A stretch of DNA of 33,962 nucleotides from Hydrurus foetidus (Eukaryota): assembly GCA_900617105.1 (NCBI GenBank), contig UYFQ01000120.1, forward strand, positions 1 through 33,962, given 5' to 3'. A program made the translations under genes and the position numbers. Below the pieces are notes generated by a model. It worked only from the letters and a program-made list of their open reading frames with translations. It was not told the DNA's origin and did no database searches. Positions 10,526-21,907 of the stretch are shown here, piece after piece. The number at the start of each line of letters is the position of its first letter. Position 1 is the first letter of the stretch.

Positions 10526-10963
10526 ATGGCTGGACGCATCCAGCCTCTAGCACTCGTTGACAAGTGCATAGGTTCTCGAATATGGATAATTTTGAAGGTC
10601 ATTGAAGAAATGCCACCACGAAAGAATTCTATTCGACGTCGTCCTGAGAGTCTATCCTCTTAATCAAAGATTGCCGTATTATATGCACAGGGGGACAAAG
10701 AGGTCATCGGAACTCTTCGCGGTTTCGACGAGTATGTTAACATGGTCCTCGATGATGTGACCGAATATGAAATTACACCCACAGGGAGAAAGGAGGTAGA
10801 CTTCGCTCCAGACCTGTACAAAGAGTGTTTTTCATATGTGCAGCTCACTCAATCTCTTGAACTTATTATCGTCAACTAGACGCAGCTTGATCAAATATTG
10901 TTGAATGGCGCCAATATCTGTCTCCTTGTTCCTGGAGGGGATCCATCAGCAACATCTTCGTGA
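10526..10963 (+). CDS. LSM5: U6 snRNA-associated Sm-like protein LSm5, 86 aa; exons 10526-10597, 10691-10795, 10880-10963
   Basis: Spliced product [79 protein letters not shown] matches the LSm5 signature; two phase-0 GT-AG introns. Confidence 0.96.
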
Positions 10964-11468
10964 ATTCATCTCCGCCACCACCTTGAATAGAAGCGTAGTT
11001 GCATGCAAAGAAACAACGAAAGAAGCGCCTCCAGTCAATACTCAAATTTGCCTCTCTACCTCGAATGGATGGCCGAAGTAGACCCGTTTCTTGAATTATC
11101 GATTGGAATCTTTTCCCAAGCAATAGATGGAGATCTCTCATCATCAGCGACGTCTCGAATTCCAGTCCTGACGATTTGTCCGTGATAACGCTTGAGTTTC
11201 CGGTTGTAATGTTTTAATAAGCGAGATTGTGCCAAAACTTCAACTGAGAGATTTTTTATAGAAGCCATGGAGAATAAGTTATGACAGCATTCCATTGAGC
11301 TTAATTCCTAATATCACGCATCAATCGCACAACTGTTGATGAAAACAATCAAATCCTGGATTGGTCCTGCATTTCAGACATACTCCAAGAAATGCAGCCA
11401 GTTGCTTGCTGGCTGTGGGAGCAATTACGTAGCCGACATGCCTCCTTCACAATACTACCACACAACAT

Positions 11469-12272
11469 TCATATCTTTGAGAACATGATTTCACTCCGAA
11501 GCACATACTTAATACCGCTCGTCACCCTTTCACCTTCATGCCAACAGTTATGCTGAAATAACAATAACCTTCCAGCCAAAGGGACAACGTCATGTACTTT
11601 TACAAATTGCTGCCGATCGATGATACTGGGCGAAGGTGTTGTAACGTTTTTGCTATACTGTTGTTCAGCGGGTTGTATGAATCGTGTCGCTCCTCCCGTA
11701 AAATCAACGCCTCCGCCGTCATTCAAGTAAAGCTGGAATGTAACAAAACTTTGCTGCTCGCATGTAACTTCTCCTGTCAGACTTTCTGGCTGCACATAGT
11801 ATGAGCCATCCTGATGTAGCTCGAAACGTTCGCCTTCCGAATACTTCAGCACTCTGAATCTGGGGTTAATTCCGGTCGCTATCCAGCCTTTATACCGCAT
11901 TCCTGGTACAATATCTCGATGAGGTAGATGCTCCTGTACCAGGGGCCACAGCAACTCCGCTAGCTCGACGTCATCAATAATACATCGTTGACCGGAACGA
12001 ATGCTGATCAAAGTCACTCCTTTCTCTTGCTGTCCAGACCCTTGGTTTAGCAGTGCCAGCTCAAATCCTTTCGATTCTGAGGTAGCAATCGTAGTTTTAC
12101 AGGAAGAAAGTTGGAGCACATCATCTACGACAATGGCAAATAAGTTTTCGCCTCCAGCGGCGATCAAGTCAATTGTACCAGCAGCAGATGATGATGGAAA
12201 CGAACTCGGTATATTCGCTAATGCGTCAAATGTGGCGTCACCACCTGGCAACTTATGCCATCCACGCCACAT
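11469..12272 (-). CDS. 2-oxoglutarate/Fe(II)-dependent dioxygenase (prolyl 4-hydroxylase-like)
   Basis: RFRVLKY...HQDG (HxD), TFQLYLND, GGATRF, LLLFQH...HEGERVTSGIKYVLRSEIMF (distal His and 2OG-binding basic residues). Confidence 0.9.
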   Translation of the reverse strand: MWRGWHKLPGGDATFDALANIPSSFPSSSAAGTIDLIAAGGENLFAIVVDDVLQLSSCKTTIATSESKGFELALLNQGSGQQEKGVTLISIRSGQRCIIDDVELAELLWPLVQEHLPHRDIVPGMRYKGWIATGINPRFRVLKYSEGERFELHQDGSYYVQPESLTGEVTCEQQSFVTFQLYLNDGGGVDFTGGATRFIQPAEQQYSKNVTTPSPSIIDRQQFVKVHDVVPLAGRLLLFQHNCWHEGERVTSGIKYVLRSEIMFSKI

Positions 12273-12445
12273 GGGACACTCGCGCAGAGATGAGTGCTAC
12301 AGGGCTAATGATGCTGCATCAATGATTTTTGATCGAAGGCGGCGTGTTACCATATTTTTGATTTATTTGATGATCGATCGATGTGATCGCCGATCTACCT
12401 CGTAGGATTTTCAAATTTCAAAAATTCAAAATTTCCTGATTGGAC

Positions 12446-12473
12446 CCTGAAGCCTGAAGCCTGAAGCCTGAAG
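12446..12473. repeat. (CCTGAAG)x4 in the about 260-bp divergent intergenic region
   Basis: Four exact 7-mers, just after an inverted CCAAT box (CTGATTGG, 12436-12443). Confidence 0.85.
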
Positions 12474-12534
12474 ACAATAATTTGGAGATTGTGATATGAT
12501 GCCACTTCTTTAGAGAACTTCTGTAGCTGAGTTG

Positions 12535-14055
12535 ATGTCAAAGGCCATTGGCCTATCTGAACAAGCCTTGAGGATGGAGGAAGACACAACGAAGCACTAT
12601 CTAGATTCTCACATTCGCTGTACAAAAGCTTTCCGAATATGGACGACTTACTTCCAAAATAAGTTGAAACAGAAGGCCAGGCTGAAGCGATCAAATATCA
12701 AGTTTCAAAATAATGCTGCACACTCAGCTTTACTTCGCTGGAAAGATTATGCCTCGAGCAATTCGGACCATCGTCGAAACGTGAATGTCTTCATCAAACT
12801 CCACCCAAAACGTATAAGTGCAGTTGATAGCCACCTGGTGGAAAGAATTTTCCACGTTTGGGCCAGAGAGTTTATTCCACTTGTCGCTGAGAATCGCCGG
12901 CGGATTGAAGCGGTGGCCACAGTCCGCGCTCGACGTTATGTGAGGATTTATTTAGAAATATGGGTTGACGGATGGGCGAAAATACTCGAGCAGCGTTTCT
13001 CTATTTTTCGTGCTTTGACGAGGTTGAATTCAACAGTGTTTTCGTCTCAGATAAGGAGAAATAGAGTGGCAACTGTTGCAGACAAAGTTTTCTGGGGTAT
13101 GGATAGAGAGAAGACACTTACTTCAGGAAATAAAAGCACCACAACATGCCAAAGCTTATTCAGTCCCCAAACGAGTGAGACTGTGGTAGCTGCGAAGCTA
13201 CGCTGTGGCAAATTGATTGTATCGTTACTGCTGATGAAATCCAGGGAATTTTTAGAGCATACGTATCGCACAATTCACCAAAGCCGATTATTCCATATAT
13301 GGTTTAGAATTACCAATATTCAACGGAGACAGATGTTGCGGATTCGCAAGAGAAGGCTTGCTATTATGAATCGATCCATCAGAGTGCGCTTTTGTGCAGA
13401 AAGCATCGCATCTGCTACATCGCAAAAGTTGCTTAGTCGCTCTATTGCAGCATGGATCAGTATTGTACTTGAGCGTGAAAAACAAGAAAGATTCAAGGCC
13501 TTTTATTTCATCACAAAGCCTGCACTTTTACATTGGAAAAAACTGTACAATAATCGCGTCGTTAGACGTTTTAGAGAGGCACCAATCTTATTAGAATCAC
13601 ATTGCTCAGAAAGTGTTGCCGCTATCAGCTGTGGTATCATGGAAAGGGATCACAGGCAGCTCTATTTGCGCCTCTTGAAAGGAAAGAGAACCAGACCTCA
13701 GAATGGCCCTGTATTTAGCAGATCCAGTCCAACGTCAGCAAATAGTAGATTCATAAGGCACGCATCATCAGTCAGCGGCAAGAGCATGGCAAGGAGCACT
13801 AGTTGTAATGGCACTTCTGAATCTGGTCGGAGTGATGGAAATGGAAAGACACCTCCGAGTGCTATATCCCAACATATCAGGCGAGGCGGAGACTCTCATA
13901 ACATAACTGATGCTCTAATAGAAGAAACGGTACTGACATCGGCATCCATAAAATCTCTTTGGGGATCCTCAGTTGTTGATGACTGTAGCCAGAGTACATA
14001 CTTGGGACAATATGCGAGGAAAACTATTCTTAAAATGTCTGAAAACTATTCTTAA
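12535..14055 (+). CDS. Basic helical protein with Sfi1-like Trp repeats (possible centrin-binding protein)
   Basis: 506-codon ORF from first ATG; recurring hydrophobic-x-x-W motifs (FRIW, LLRW, FHVW, LEIW, FHIW, IAAW, LLHW) and Ser-rich tail. Coding status is likely; the family call is tentative. Confidence 0.6.
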   Translation: MSKAIGLSEQALRMEEDTTKHYLDSHIRCTKAFRIWTTYFQNKLKQKARLKRSNIKFQNNAAHSALLRWKDYASSNSDHRRNVNVFIKLHPKRISAVDSHLVERIFHVWAREFIPLVAENRRRIEAVATVRARRYVRIYLEIWVDGWAKILEQRFSIFRALTRLNSTVFSSQIRRNRVATVADKVFWGMDREKTLTSGNKSTTTCQSLFSPQTSETVVAAKLRCGKLIVSLLLMKSREFLEHTYRTIHQSRLFHIWFRITNIQRRQMLRIRKRRLAIMNRSIRVRFCAESIASATSQKLLSRSIAAWISIVLEREKQERFKAFYFITKPALLHWKKLYNNRVVRRFREAPILLESHCSESVAAISCGIMERDHRQLYLRLLKGKRTRPQNGPVFSRSSPTSANSRFIRHASSVSGKSMARSTSCNGTSESGRSDGNGKTPPSAISQHIRRGGDSHNITDALIEETVLTSASIKSLWGSSVVDDCSQSTYLGQYARKTILKMSENYS

Positions 14056-14473
14056 AACTATTCTCAAGTCGAGTATTCCAAGAAAAATCACTGAGAGAAA
14101 TGAGTACATGAAATAAAGTGATCGATCAGGTTGGTGGCGAGATGAGGATTCTCCTGATAAATCAGTTCGAGGTATCCGAGAGAACACTCCATGATTATTC
14201 CTGCCTGAATTCTGTCGGGATTGTTGGCATTGAGTGAACACAGCTATATGGTACGGTACACTTCCGGCTCGTGTGTGCGCGAAATATTTGACCATCTTTC
14301 ATTACACTTTTGTTTTTCATGATGTAAAGCCTTTTCATTTTCATGGCCCAATTGATGCAGTTTAATTGATAATTATTTTCTCTGATAACTACGCACAGCA
14401 ACAAGACATTGGATGACAGTGCAGTAGAATATTGAAGAGCCCACAGTTTCTTCCAATCAAACACGAACTTCAA

Positions 14474-14863
14474 ATGCAATCAATTGCGGAACCAAAAAAT
14501 TCCAAGGAGCTTTCGGAAGATAACGAAGTTCATCGGCCAGATTCGGGTAGGACTTGGTACTGGCTCTGTGCGGCCGCTATCTCTTCGATTGTTGCTACTT
14601 ACGTATACTGCAGTGGACCTATTACAGTTATTAATTACTCTGGGGTCAAGGAGCAGCTTTTGAGGGAAGTAACGCACGGTAAATTCAGGAACATTTCAAT
14701 TAAAGAAGAGTCTGAATCTGTCTGCACCGCCAGCTCTCATCTCCATGAAATAGGCAAATTGGATTCTTCACAAACTTTGGTCTTCGAGAATATTGAGGAG
14801 CAGGTAGACGAGGTATTCCCTATCGTTGAAGGAACATGCTCAGTCGCTGATACGCTAGATTAA
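14474..14863 (+). CDS. Hypothetical protein with one hydrophobic segment
   Basis: 129 codons from ATG; WYWLCAAAISSIVATYVY segment, acidic C-terminus; no family recognised. Confidence 0.4.
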   Translation: MQSIAEPKNSKELSEDNEVHRPDSGRTWYWLCAAAISSIVATYVYCSGPITVINYSGVKEQLLREVTHGKFRNISIKEESESVCTASSHLHEIGKLDSSQTLVFENIEEQVDEVFPIVEGTCSVADTLD

Positions 14864-15214
14864 CGTCACCGTGCCCCGCAATCTGTGTTATCCAAAGACG
14901 AGTCAAGCCATGTAACTGTCCACCTCTTCGAAAGTTTTCGACTGTAATTAATGTATCGGTGACGGGTTGTCAACCCGCATTCATTTAACCAGAATTTGTT
15001 GCATAATTTGCACAGACGGACGCTATAACGGTTGTCGAATACATTGCAGCGGTAAGGACCATCAGATATAATGTAGAGTTCGTATGACCCATTACTCAAT
15101 CCACAGATTTACGACACTGCATGACGGAGCCTCCACTATGTAGTCCAAAAAAATCATACTTTTAAGCCATCCCACAGACAGCTAAAAATGACCAGTAACA
15201 GCCGAAGTAGTGGA

Positions 15215-16159
15215 TTATAGAACACTTCTGTGCTTTTTCACTATTTCAGCGCTTTGAATAATTTCTGTATCGCTCGATAGTGTTACTCTGCCGTCTCTTA
15301 TTCGGCCTACAGGCAGAAGAATTCTAGCGGAGTTACCACATATGATCAGTATGCTTATCTCCGTTATAGACGATATCATGCCATGAAAAACTTCCTGAGA
15401 TAGACTCGAAAGGCATTTGACCATTTCGCCTACTACAAACGTCTCTGTGCCAATTGATATTTGGCATGTATCTGCCATTACTACGACGTTTGTTTCCTAC
15501 AGGATATGTTAAGGGAAAGCTCAGTGAAGTTTGCTTTCAGACAGCAATTAGAAAATAAGATAATCATACCTCAGGAACTGAATCAGAGAAATTCCTAGCG
15601 ACATTAATAAAATCCCGAGAGGCTTCGAAAATGTCTTCACTTCAATGACGAATTTTTTTTATTTCAGATAAGGATCAATCTCTACAGTCGATTTTAAGTC
15701 AGGTTGTAGCTTGTGCACACCTGATGGACTGATCTCCGAGCTGTAGTGCTGTCACATCACCACTAGCAGAATAGCGGACAAGATTTGCAGTCGCAGCAGG
15801 TACAACTCGAACAACTTGGGGCGCCACAGAGGAATTTTCTTCCTCAGAGATTGATTGCTGAAGAGTCTCATGTTTGTGTCTACTTCGCCAAAGCTGCAGG
15901 TCGTCACTAAATCTCACTGCTGAAAAAGAAAGATTGTAGCACTGTGATTCAATTCTATTGAAGGAATGGTTACAGGTGAAATACCTTCTGCTCTGCTGAG
16001 CTCGAACTCATAGTGCTGATTTATGTTTCTGATCTGGGATTTGCGGTGACGATCCGCCTCTGCTATTTCTCTCTCTCTTCTGATCGTTAAGCCTCTGATA
16101 TGCTTAGCTTCATCTTCAGACACAATGCTACAATCAATCAAAGCCCTTTTTTCCACCAT
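15215..16159 (-). CDS. Multi-exon Sds3/BRMS1-like (Sin3-HDAC complex subunit-like) protein; internal exon boundaries uncertain
   Basis: N-terminal coiled coil REREIAEADRHRKSQIRNINQHYEFELSRA; C-terminal beta domain FVVGEMV...FHGMISSITEISILI...RILLPVGRIRDGRVTL resembles the SUDS3 C-terminus; last intron gag|GTATGA...TGTAG|gaa (about 15497-15569). Confidence 0.55.
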
Positions 16160-17168
16160 GGTGGTTGCTTGTGGTTTTTAAATGCTGCTGAGTTCTGTAG
16201 CTGAAGTTATTGCGACACCGTGGAACATGTGATGGAGGACGAAATTTACAGAAGCTTCCAAAATTTTTGGTGCAAATGCCCGAGGCTCCTACTGCAACCC
16301 CTGTCACTGCTAGCTGCCCCAGAATTTATCTGCATCTCTCTCGATCTACCACCGTACTGCTGCGATTTCTATTTTAATTGTTAATTGTACCGTGCGTGTG
16401 GTCCTGTATTAATTAATAGCCCTGAGCCGTATAGTGCAGCTTATGCATGGTGACCTGAAAAACCGTATAACGGGTGTTATTATTTTGTATCGGAAACTGC
16501 GTGTTACAGAACACGTACTGATATTCTGTGCTCCTCCTCCAGGTGCCTACAGTTCTTCCATATATGATGAGATTCTGTGCTCTTCCATGTGCCTATCTTT
16601 CTTCCGTATGGTAGTAATTCATCAATCTGAGCATCAATCAGCGACATCACTTGTGGGGCCTCAATCGAACAGAAAATTTTCAGTTTTGTTTAATCACGTA
16701 CGGTCGCTTCTGATGCGCTTGCATTGATAATCAATTGTGACTACTCTAAGATTCACTAGACTATATATACATAGAGGTGCATGTGTGAGAGAATCCAATA
16801 TCACTTCTGATCGCGTGGAAGTACTTCAGCATTCATCAGTACTCTAGTTGTAATAGGATATGAATGGTGGAGTAACATACTATGGATTGATTATGCACTG
16901 GCTATAGGGTTTACATGGTTGCCCTGGCATCTAAAGGTAACAAAAGGTGGAAATGAAAAAATAAGCGTGGCTGCAATTGAAAGAGTAGTAAAATGTAAAA
17001 ATCTCCCTAGGTACCTTGAGGAGGTAAAAACTGTAATAGGATAACTTGGGTGAAAAGCGAACGTCTGCGGATAGATATAGAATGTGAGCGGTGCCATGTA
17101 TTCCGCGGAGGGATAGTGTAGCACTGAATACAATTTGTGGCAGATAAATTCGTTTGTATCTTCTCTGA

Positions 17169-18225
17169 TCACTTCACAGGAGTTAGTTCAAATTTGGTCA
17201 CTGAGTTCCAATTAGTCCAGTCCAGCGTTATAAACGAGAACTCCATGCAGCGTGGATCACGATCATTTATGTTTAGTTCTCTATGGAAAATTCGAAATTT
17301 CCTTGCCTCCAAGGTTTCGACGAACGCTTTTATCTTTTTGTAGTCTTCTTTGACAGCTACGTTGTGACCATGAACATAGAAGTCAGATAAGCACATTCAA
17401 GGAAGTCAAATGGCATTTCAAGCAGAAGATAAGATGAACATGTTTTTGATTAGCAAGATAACCATACAGAGCTATTGCAGTGGAAACTTTTGATAGAATG
17501 CGCTGATGGCACAAATCGAAGTCTGTGACAGCGTAATCGAGCACACACTTACCGCCGCCAGGTCGGTGAACTTCTATCATAAGCTGACCAATGCGGGTAA
17601 AAGTGTCAAGTGGCTCATTTGCAATCCATGCAAATTCCCCGATTTCGATGTCTATCTTCAATAAGTCGATGTAAGTGTGTCCTCGTTCCTTCATGAAATC
17701 ATTGAGTAGCCTGTATCTTTTGTCCCCTTTGTTCTGTTTGGATGGCCCCAACGCAGTAGCGGTGTAATTTATGGCGGGCAATCTTCTCTCTGGGACTGGC
17801 AGATTTCTTTCTAAGATATCATGAGTCCAGATACGAGAATCTGGCCTCCAGCGGAGAATAGCCATTTCAAAATCCTGTTGCTGATTGCTTCCAAACGAGT
17901 AGACAATCGGATCTGATTTTATGTGCGTGATGCCGCAAGAATATTTGTGGCCATCTACAACGGAAAATGGGGTATCCTCACCAAGTGGTATAACGCCATA
18001 CATGCAAGGATAGTTTGGATTCAAGTGAATGAATGTATTGAAGTTGAGACTTTTCCGACGCTCTCTGAGTTGATTTTGATAGTAGAGCTCGGCCAATTTT
18101 TCGGCGTGGATGATCAACTGCTTCGTGCTGTGCTGCTTACTTTCGGGGATTTCTGGGTCGCATCTCGATGGTGCTATTGCGGAAGCAAGAAGCAGCACAA
18201 TTGCGAGAGTTGTGGAGGAGGGCAT
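17169..18225 (-). CDS. Secreted or membrane METTL24/FkbM-type methyltransferase-like protein; exons 18225-17553 and 17356-17169
   Basis: Signal-like MPSSTTLAIVLLLASAIA; DGHKYSC, IVYSFGSN, IDLLKIDIEIGEF, IGQLMIEVH, then FRIFHRELN...CMEFSFI; GTAAGT...CGTAG intron 17552-17357 joins in frame. Confidence 0.85.
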
Positions 18226-18604
18226 TGGAGAATGGTAAATTATCACCCCAAGTAAAATCCTTCAATAACACTTGCTTTTGCTGCACGGCCCAGCAGTAAT
18301 GGATGTCAGATTGAGCTGTCGTCTTCTCTACTGTATTAGAGCTACAGCTACAACAGAAATAAATAATACAGCACTTCACTGTTGTTGCAAGAAGTTGTTG
18401 TTGCAACGTTCAGTAACTTCTTCTGTATTCTGTTCCAGTGGATTCGTAAAAGCGGTGGAATTTGTATTTCCAGTGGATACAGAAATCCAGTGGAAGTTCG
18501 GTATCGAACACCACGGGCTTGCGCTAGAGTAAGTCGAATGTTGTGAGTCTATTAATTCTTCAATGTCGAGCAGGACAAATACGGAGTGTCACTAAAGGAA
18601 GAAA

Positions 18605-19790
18605 ATGAATGAAGTTGGCTTAACAGGCGTTGATGCCATCTCAGTTGCTGCGATCATCCTAAAAAGTGGCTTACTTGATGACAAAAGTCAGCACTGTGCA
18701 CAGCATGACTCGTTACTTACAGGACAAATTTACCTCGAAGAACTCAGAGATACAGGCAATCTTGCAAGGTTCAGAAACGTTACACGAATGGACAAGTCCA
18801 CATTCGAAGCTCTGCTTCTTTTACTGGAGACCCAGGGAGAATTCAAAAACTCCAAGTATCTATCAACAGGAGAAAAGCTGCTCATGTTCATTCTCGTGCT
18901 TGTTGGCAATTCTAACAGGGGAATATGTGAGCGTTGGCAACATTCTGGATCAACGACATCTCTCGTAGTGCACGAAGTTGCCGCAGTCATGTTACGTTGT
19001 CATCACCATTTTCTCTTCCCTGCAAAAGTGGACGATCCTGTGGATATTGAGTTCATACAAGTACACGCCTTACTTCAATGATTGCATTGGTGCTTTGGAC
19101 GGAACCCATATCCCTGCAGTGGCGGAACAGAGACCATTCCGGAACAGGAAGAAAGTTCTTACCCAGAATGTCCTTGGGGTGGCTTACTTCGATCAAACTT
19201 TTAGTTGTGTGCTCACAGGATGGGAAGGTGGTGCACATGACAGTAGAGTATTGAATGATGCTAAAACTAAGGGATTGCCTCTATTCCCGAATAAATACTA
19301 TCTAGGCGATGCTGGGTATGGGTTGTCAAAGCATGTTCTTACACCTTATCGAGGTGTTCGATACCATCTTTAAAAGTGGGGCAATGCTAATCAGAGACCT
19401 CAGAATGTGAAAGAACTTTTTAATTATCGTCACTCATCAGTTAGAAATGTCGTTGAGAGAATATTCGGCGTTGTCAAAAAAAGATTCCCTGTACTTGTTG
19501 TCATGAAGTCATATTCATTCTCATTTCAATGCGATCTTGTCATGTACTCCCTAATGCTACATAATTTTATACGATCCAATCAACTATACGACGATGAATT
19601 TAACGCACCTATCCCTCCAGGTGAAAGGGATGTAGAAGATGATTTGGATGATTTAGATGATGTCGATGAAGCACATGGAAATTGTAATCAATTGAAACAA
19701 TGGAGAGACGGCATTGCTAATGAAATGTGGAATGATTATCTTGTTTATGCAAACAATAACGACTTGGAATCTGACGAAGATGAGGTTTGA
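18605..19790 (+). pseudogene. Harbinger/PIF DDE transposase (HARBI1-like), frameshift near 19050 and stop at 19371
   Basis: FRNVTRMDKSTF, ERWQHSGST, DCIGALDGTHIP, GWEGGAHDSRVL, YYLGDAGY, LFNYRHSSVRNVVERIFGVVKKRF. Confidence 0.93.
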
Positions 19791-20220
19791 GAAAACTCTT
19801 TAATTCTCTGTTACACACGACATTCCTGCTATACTGCTTCATTGGACGTTAGCCGTAACTAATTGACCCATCCAATTGACTATTCAACAAAAATACTGTC
19901 TCGTATGAATTTATCGTTGATGTAATGATTAAAAATAAATAATTTAAAAATACGACCATATCAATCATCAAACTTTTAAGACGTTGACAAAAGCACAGAA
20001 TGTGAATCGATTATTTTTGCTGCCGTATTTCAAAGATTGACGTCAAAAACTGCTGTAACAGACACCTATTTTAAAAAACGGCTAACATCAAATTTACCGT
20101 TCTGTTTTACCATTTCTTTCATTAACTTAATCAGCATAAACGACTGTAGTTACAGATGTGATTCGAGTAATTATCGTAGCAAAATACAGTGGTTAACATG
20201 TATGACCACTCTGCTCTAAC

Positions 20221-21085
20221 TTAATTCAAACAGTCATCAATGCATGTCTTCATCTCTTCATCGTCCATTAGGATGAATAACTCAGAATTGTCCTTCAAGT
20301 ATTTCTGAAACTTGAATCGCTCTACAGCAGTCAGATCAGCTGAGTACTTTTCCTTGAACAGTGACATCGCTTGCGTCAGAGAACTGCTGGCTGTATGGTG
20401 CTTCACCAAGACTTCCTGGTCAGACACAATTTTTCCGAGTAGCTTGACAACTTCTTCTAGTGCATTCTCTCTTGGCTTCCTAGCTTGAGTCTTGACCGGC
20501 AATGGCTTAACTGGCACTTGTTTCTTCCTAGATAGTGTGCGCGACCCATCTTCATCATCGCTTGAGCCGCTGTCATCAGTAGCCTTCTTGGCTGGCGGTA
20601 ACTGGTCCACTGCATCAGCTGGTAAATGCGCAAGAAATTAGCAATGATGTCAAAACAGGTACATGCACAAGTGTCTTCATAATAACCTCGGTTGAGCTTT
20701 ATTGCTGAAACCTCCGTAGACTGTCGAGGGAATGCACTGTCATCATCGCTCATAGTCTCGTCATCTTCAGAGTCCATCGCTTGGGGCTGCGCAGAAATCG
20801 AAGGTGACTTTCTGGCCACTTTGGAAACTCTATCGACCTCCTCGTTTGAGCTTTTCCCCCACAAGTCATTGCCATGTTTATGTGTCCAGTCATGTGTCAC
20901 TGGAGTAAAAGGCGATTTTGCATACTTGCCAGTTGCCCCGCTGCCATTGAAAATGATGCCCAACTCAGCGAAATTTTTCAGGGCTTTGTTCCTGAACTGC
21001 GCTGCCAAAGATCCCATACCGACTTTGGCGCTGTTGGAGCAAGGGTGTCCGGGTCTACACCAAATCCGCTGTTACCAACTATAGA
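20221..21085 (-). pseudogene. Harbinger ORF1 Myb/SANT-like partner, 5'-truncated and frameshifted, with intron 20686-20619
   Basis: NSGFGVDP...VWD, FRNKALKNFAELGIIFNGSGATGKYA is typical of PIF ORF1; a 68-nt GT...CTAAT...CAG intron joins ORF 20457-21017 to 20221-20610 in frame. Confidence 0.8.
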
Positions 21086-21366
21086 GATGCAAGAGAAGAG
21101 TTGGCAATTTCCCAATTTCCAGTAAAAAGAAAACGAGTGAGAAGCTGTTTTTTTAATCCAGTGCAAATCTTAAGAATACAGTAGGACGAAATATGCCGAA
21201 CAAGAGGCTGGATTTGAAAATCCACTGTTTCGTGGAATTCCAGTGGAATCTGGGGTACCCTGGGGTAATCCAGTAAAAGAAAAAGTTACCGAACGGACCC
21301 TGAATTATTCTCGGAAAGCGAATGTGTTGTGCGCGGTCAGCGGTCACTACAAACAATGCTGCAACC

Positions 21367-21877
21367 TGTTGGATATTATGGAACTAGGAACTAGGGTGTG
21401 ATTCCAGTTAGACCGTTCCTTACGGCACTAGTTCAGGATCTGGGATTTCGTAAAATCACCCTATGGGGCGGAAAATACTTAAATTTTTCCAGAACTCAAA
21501 AACTCAGAACTCGAGTTCTGGAAAAACAGGGTCATTTTTCCAGAACTCAAGTTCTGAGTTTTTGAGTTCTGGGAATTTTCAAATTCCAGGAACCCCGAAC
21601 TCATGCCGTAAGGAACGGTCTTAGTGCATGTATGAGTACTTACGGTGCGGTCAGCGGTGTAAGTGCGTATGGGTTTATCAAAATCATACAAATTGTTTTA
21701 GATTAGAATTGTTCGAGTGTGTAATGCAAGCTTCGTGAACTGGCAAAGTAGGAATGGAGTTCTCAAGCTTAATTGACAAGTGAATAGCAATCAACAATTC
21801 TATTTTACGAGCCTTGGAGAGAATCGGTAACAGCTCGGACTACCAGCGCAACCTGGGTGTTACTCGGTTTTCCAACA
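21367..21877 (+). repeat. 5' LTR of copia-2 (298 bp plus MITE)
   Basis: Aligns to 28599-28886 with about 10 substitutions, a 10-bp indel and the MITE insertion. Confidence 0.95.
21411..21620. mobile_element. 210-bp Tourist-like (PIF/Harbinger) MITE
   Basis: Perfect 17-bp TIR GACCGTTCCTTACGGCA / TGCCGTAAGGAACGGTC, TTA on both sides, absent from the 3' LTR; internal CAGAACTC/GAGTTCTG inverted repeats. Confidence 0.95.
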
Positions 21878-21907
21878 CAATTAAACTTATTAGCAGCATC
21901 GAGATCG

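Larger units (their letters stand above)
18407..21300. mobile_element. Decayed PIF/Harbinger DNA transposon with convergent transposase and Myb/SANT-like genes
   Basis: Right TIR reads GGGTCCGTTCGGTAACTTTTTCT on the minus strand from 21300, followed by TGA; left remnant CGTTCAGTAACTTCTTCT at 18407 lacks the outer bases; subterminal TCCAGTGGA repeats at both ends. Confidence 0.85.

Noticed and set aside
10271..10663. 130-aa ORF appearing to fuse the LTR to LSm5 exon 1
   Set aside because: Starts at GTG in the antisense LTR and reads into intron 1; ATG 10526 already gives a complete LSm5
10872..11295. Short ORFs between LSm5 and the oxygenase, and similar ORFs at 2443-3019, 13969-14479, 16434-17172
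   Set aside because: No recognisable motifs, several with non-ATG starts or antisense to real genes
16260..16271. AATTTTTGG Sm-site-like motif suggesting an snRNA
   Set aside because: No U1, U2, U4 or U5 hallmark sequence nearby; it lies just upstream of a protein gene
18605..21085. Domesticated Harbinger gene pair
   Set aside because: Stop, frameshifts, truncated Myb gene and residual TIRs indicate a decaying transposon
21333..21346. GCGGTCAGCGGT in the flank also present in copia-2 LTRs (about 21647-21659)
   Set aside because: A single 12-bp match; the TSD fixes the element boundary at 21367, so probably chance
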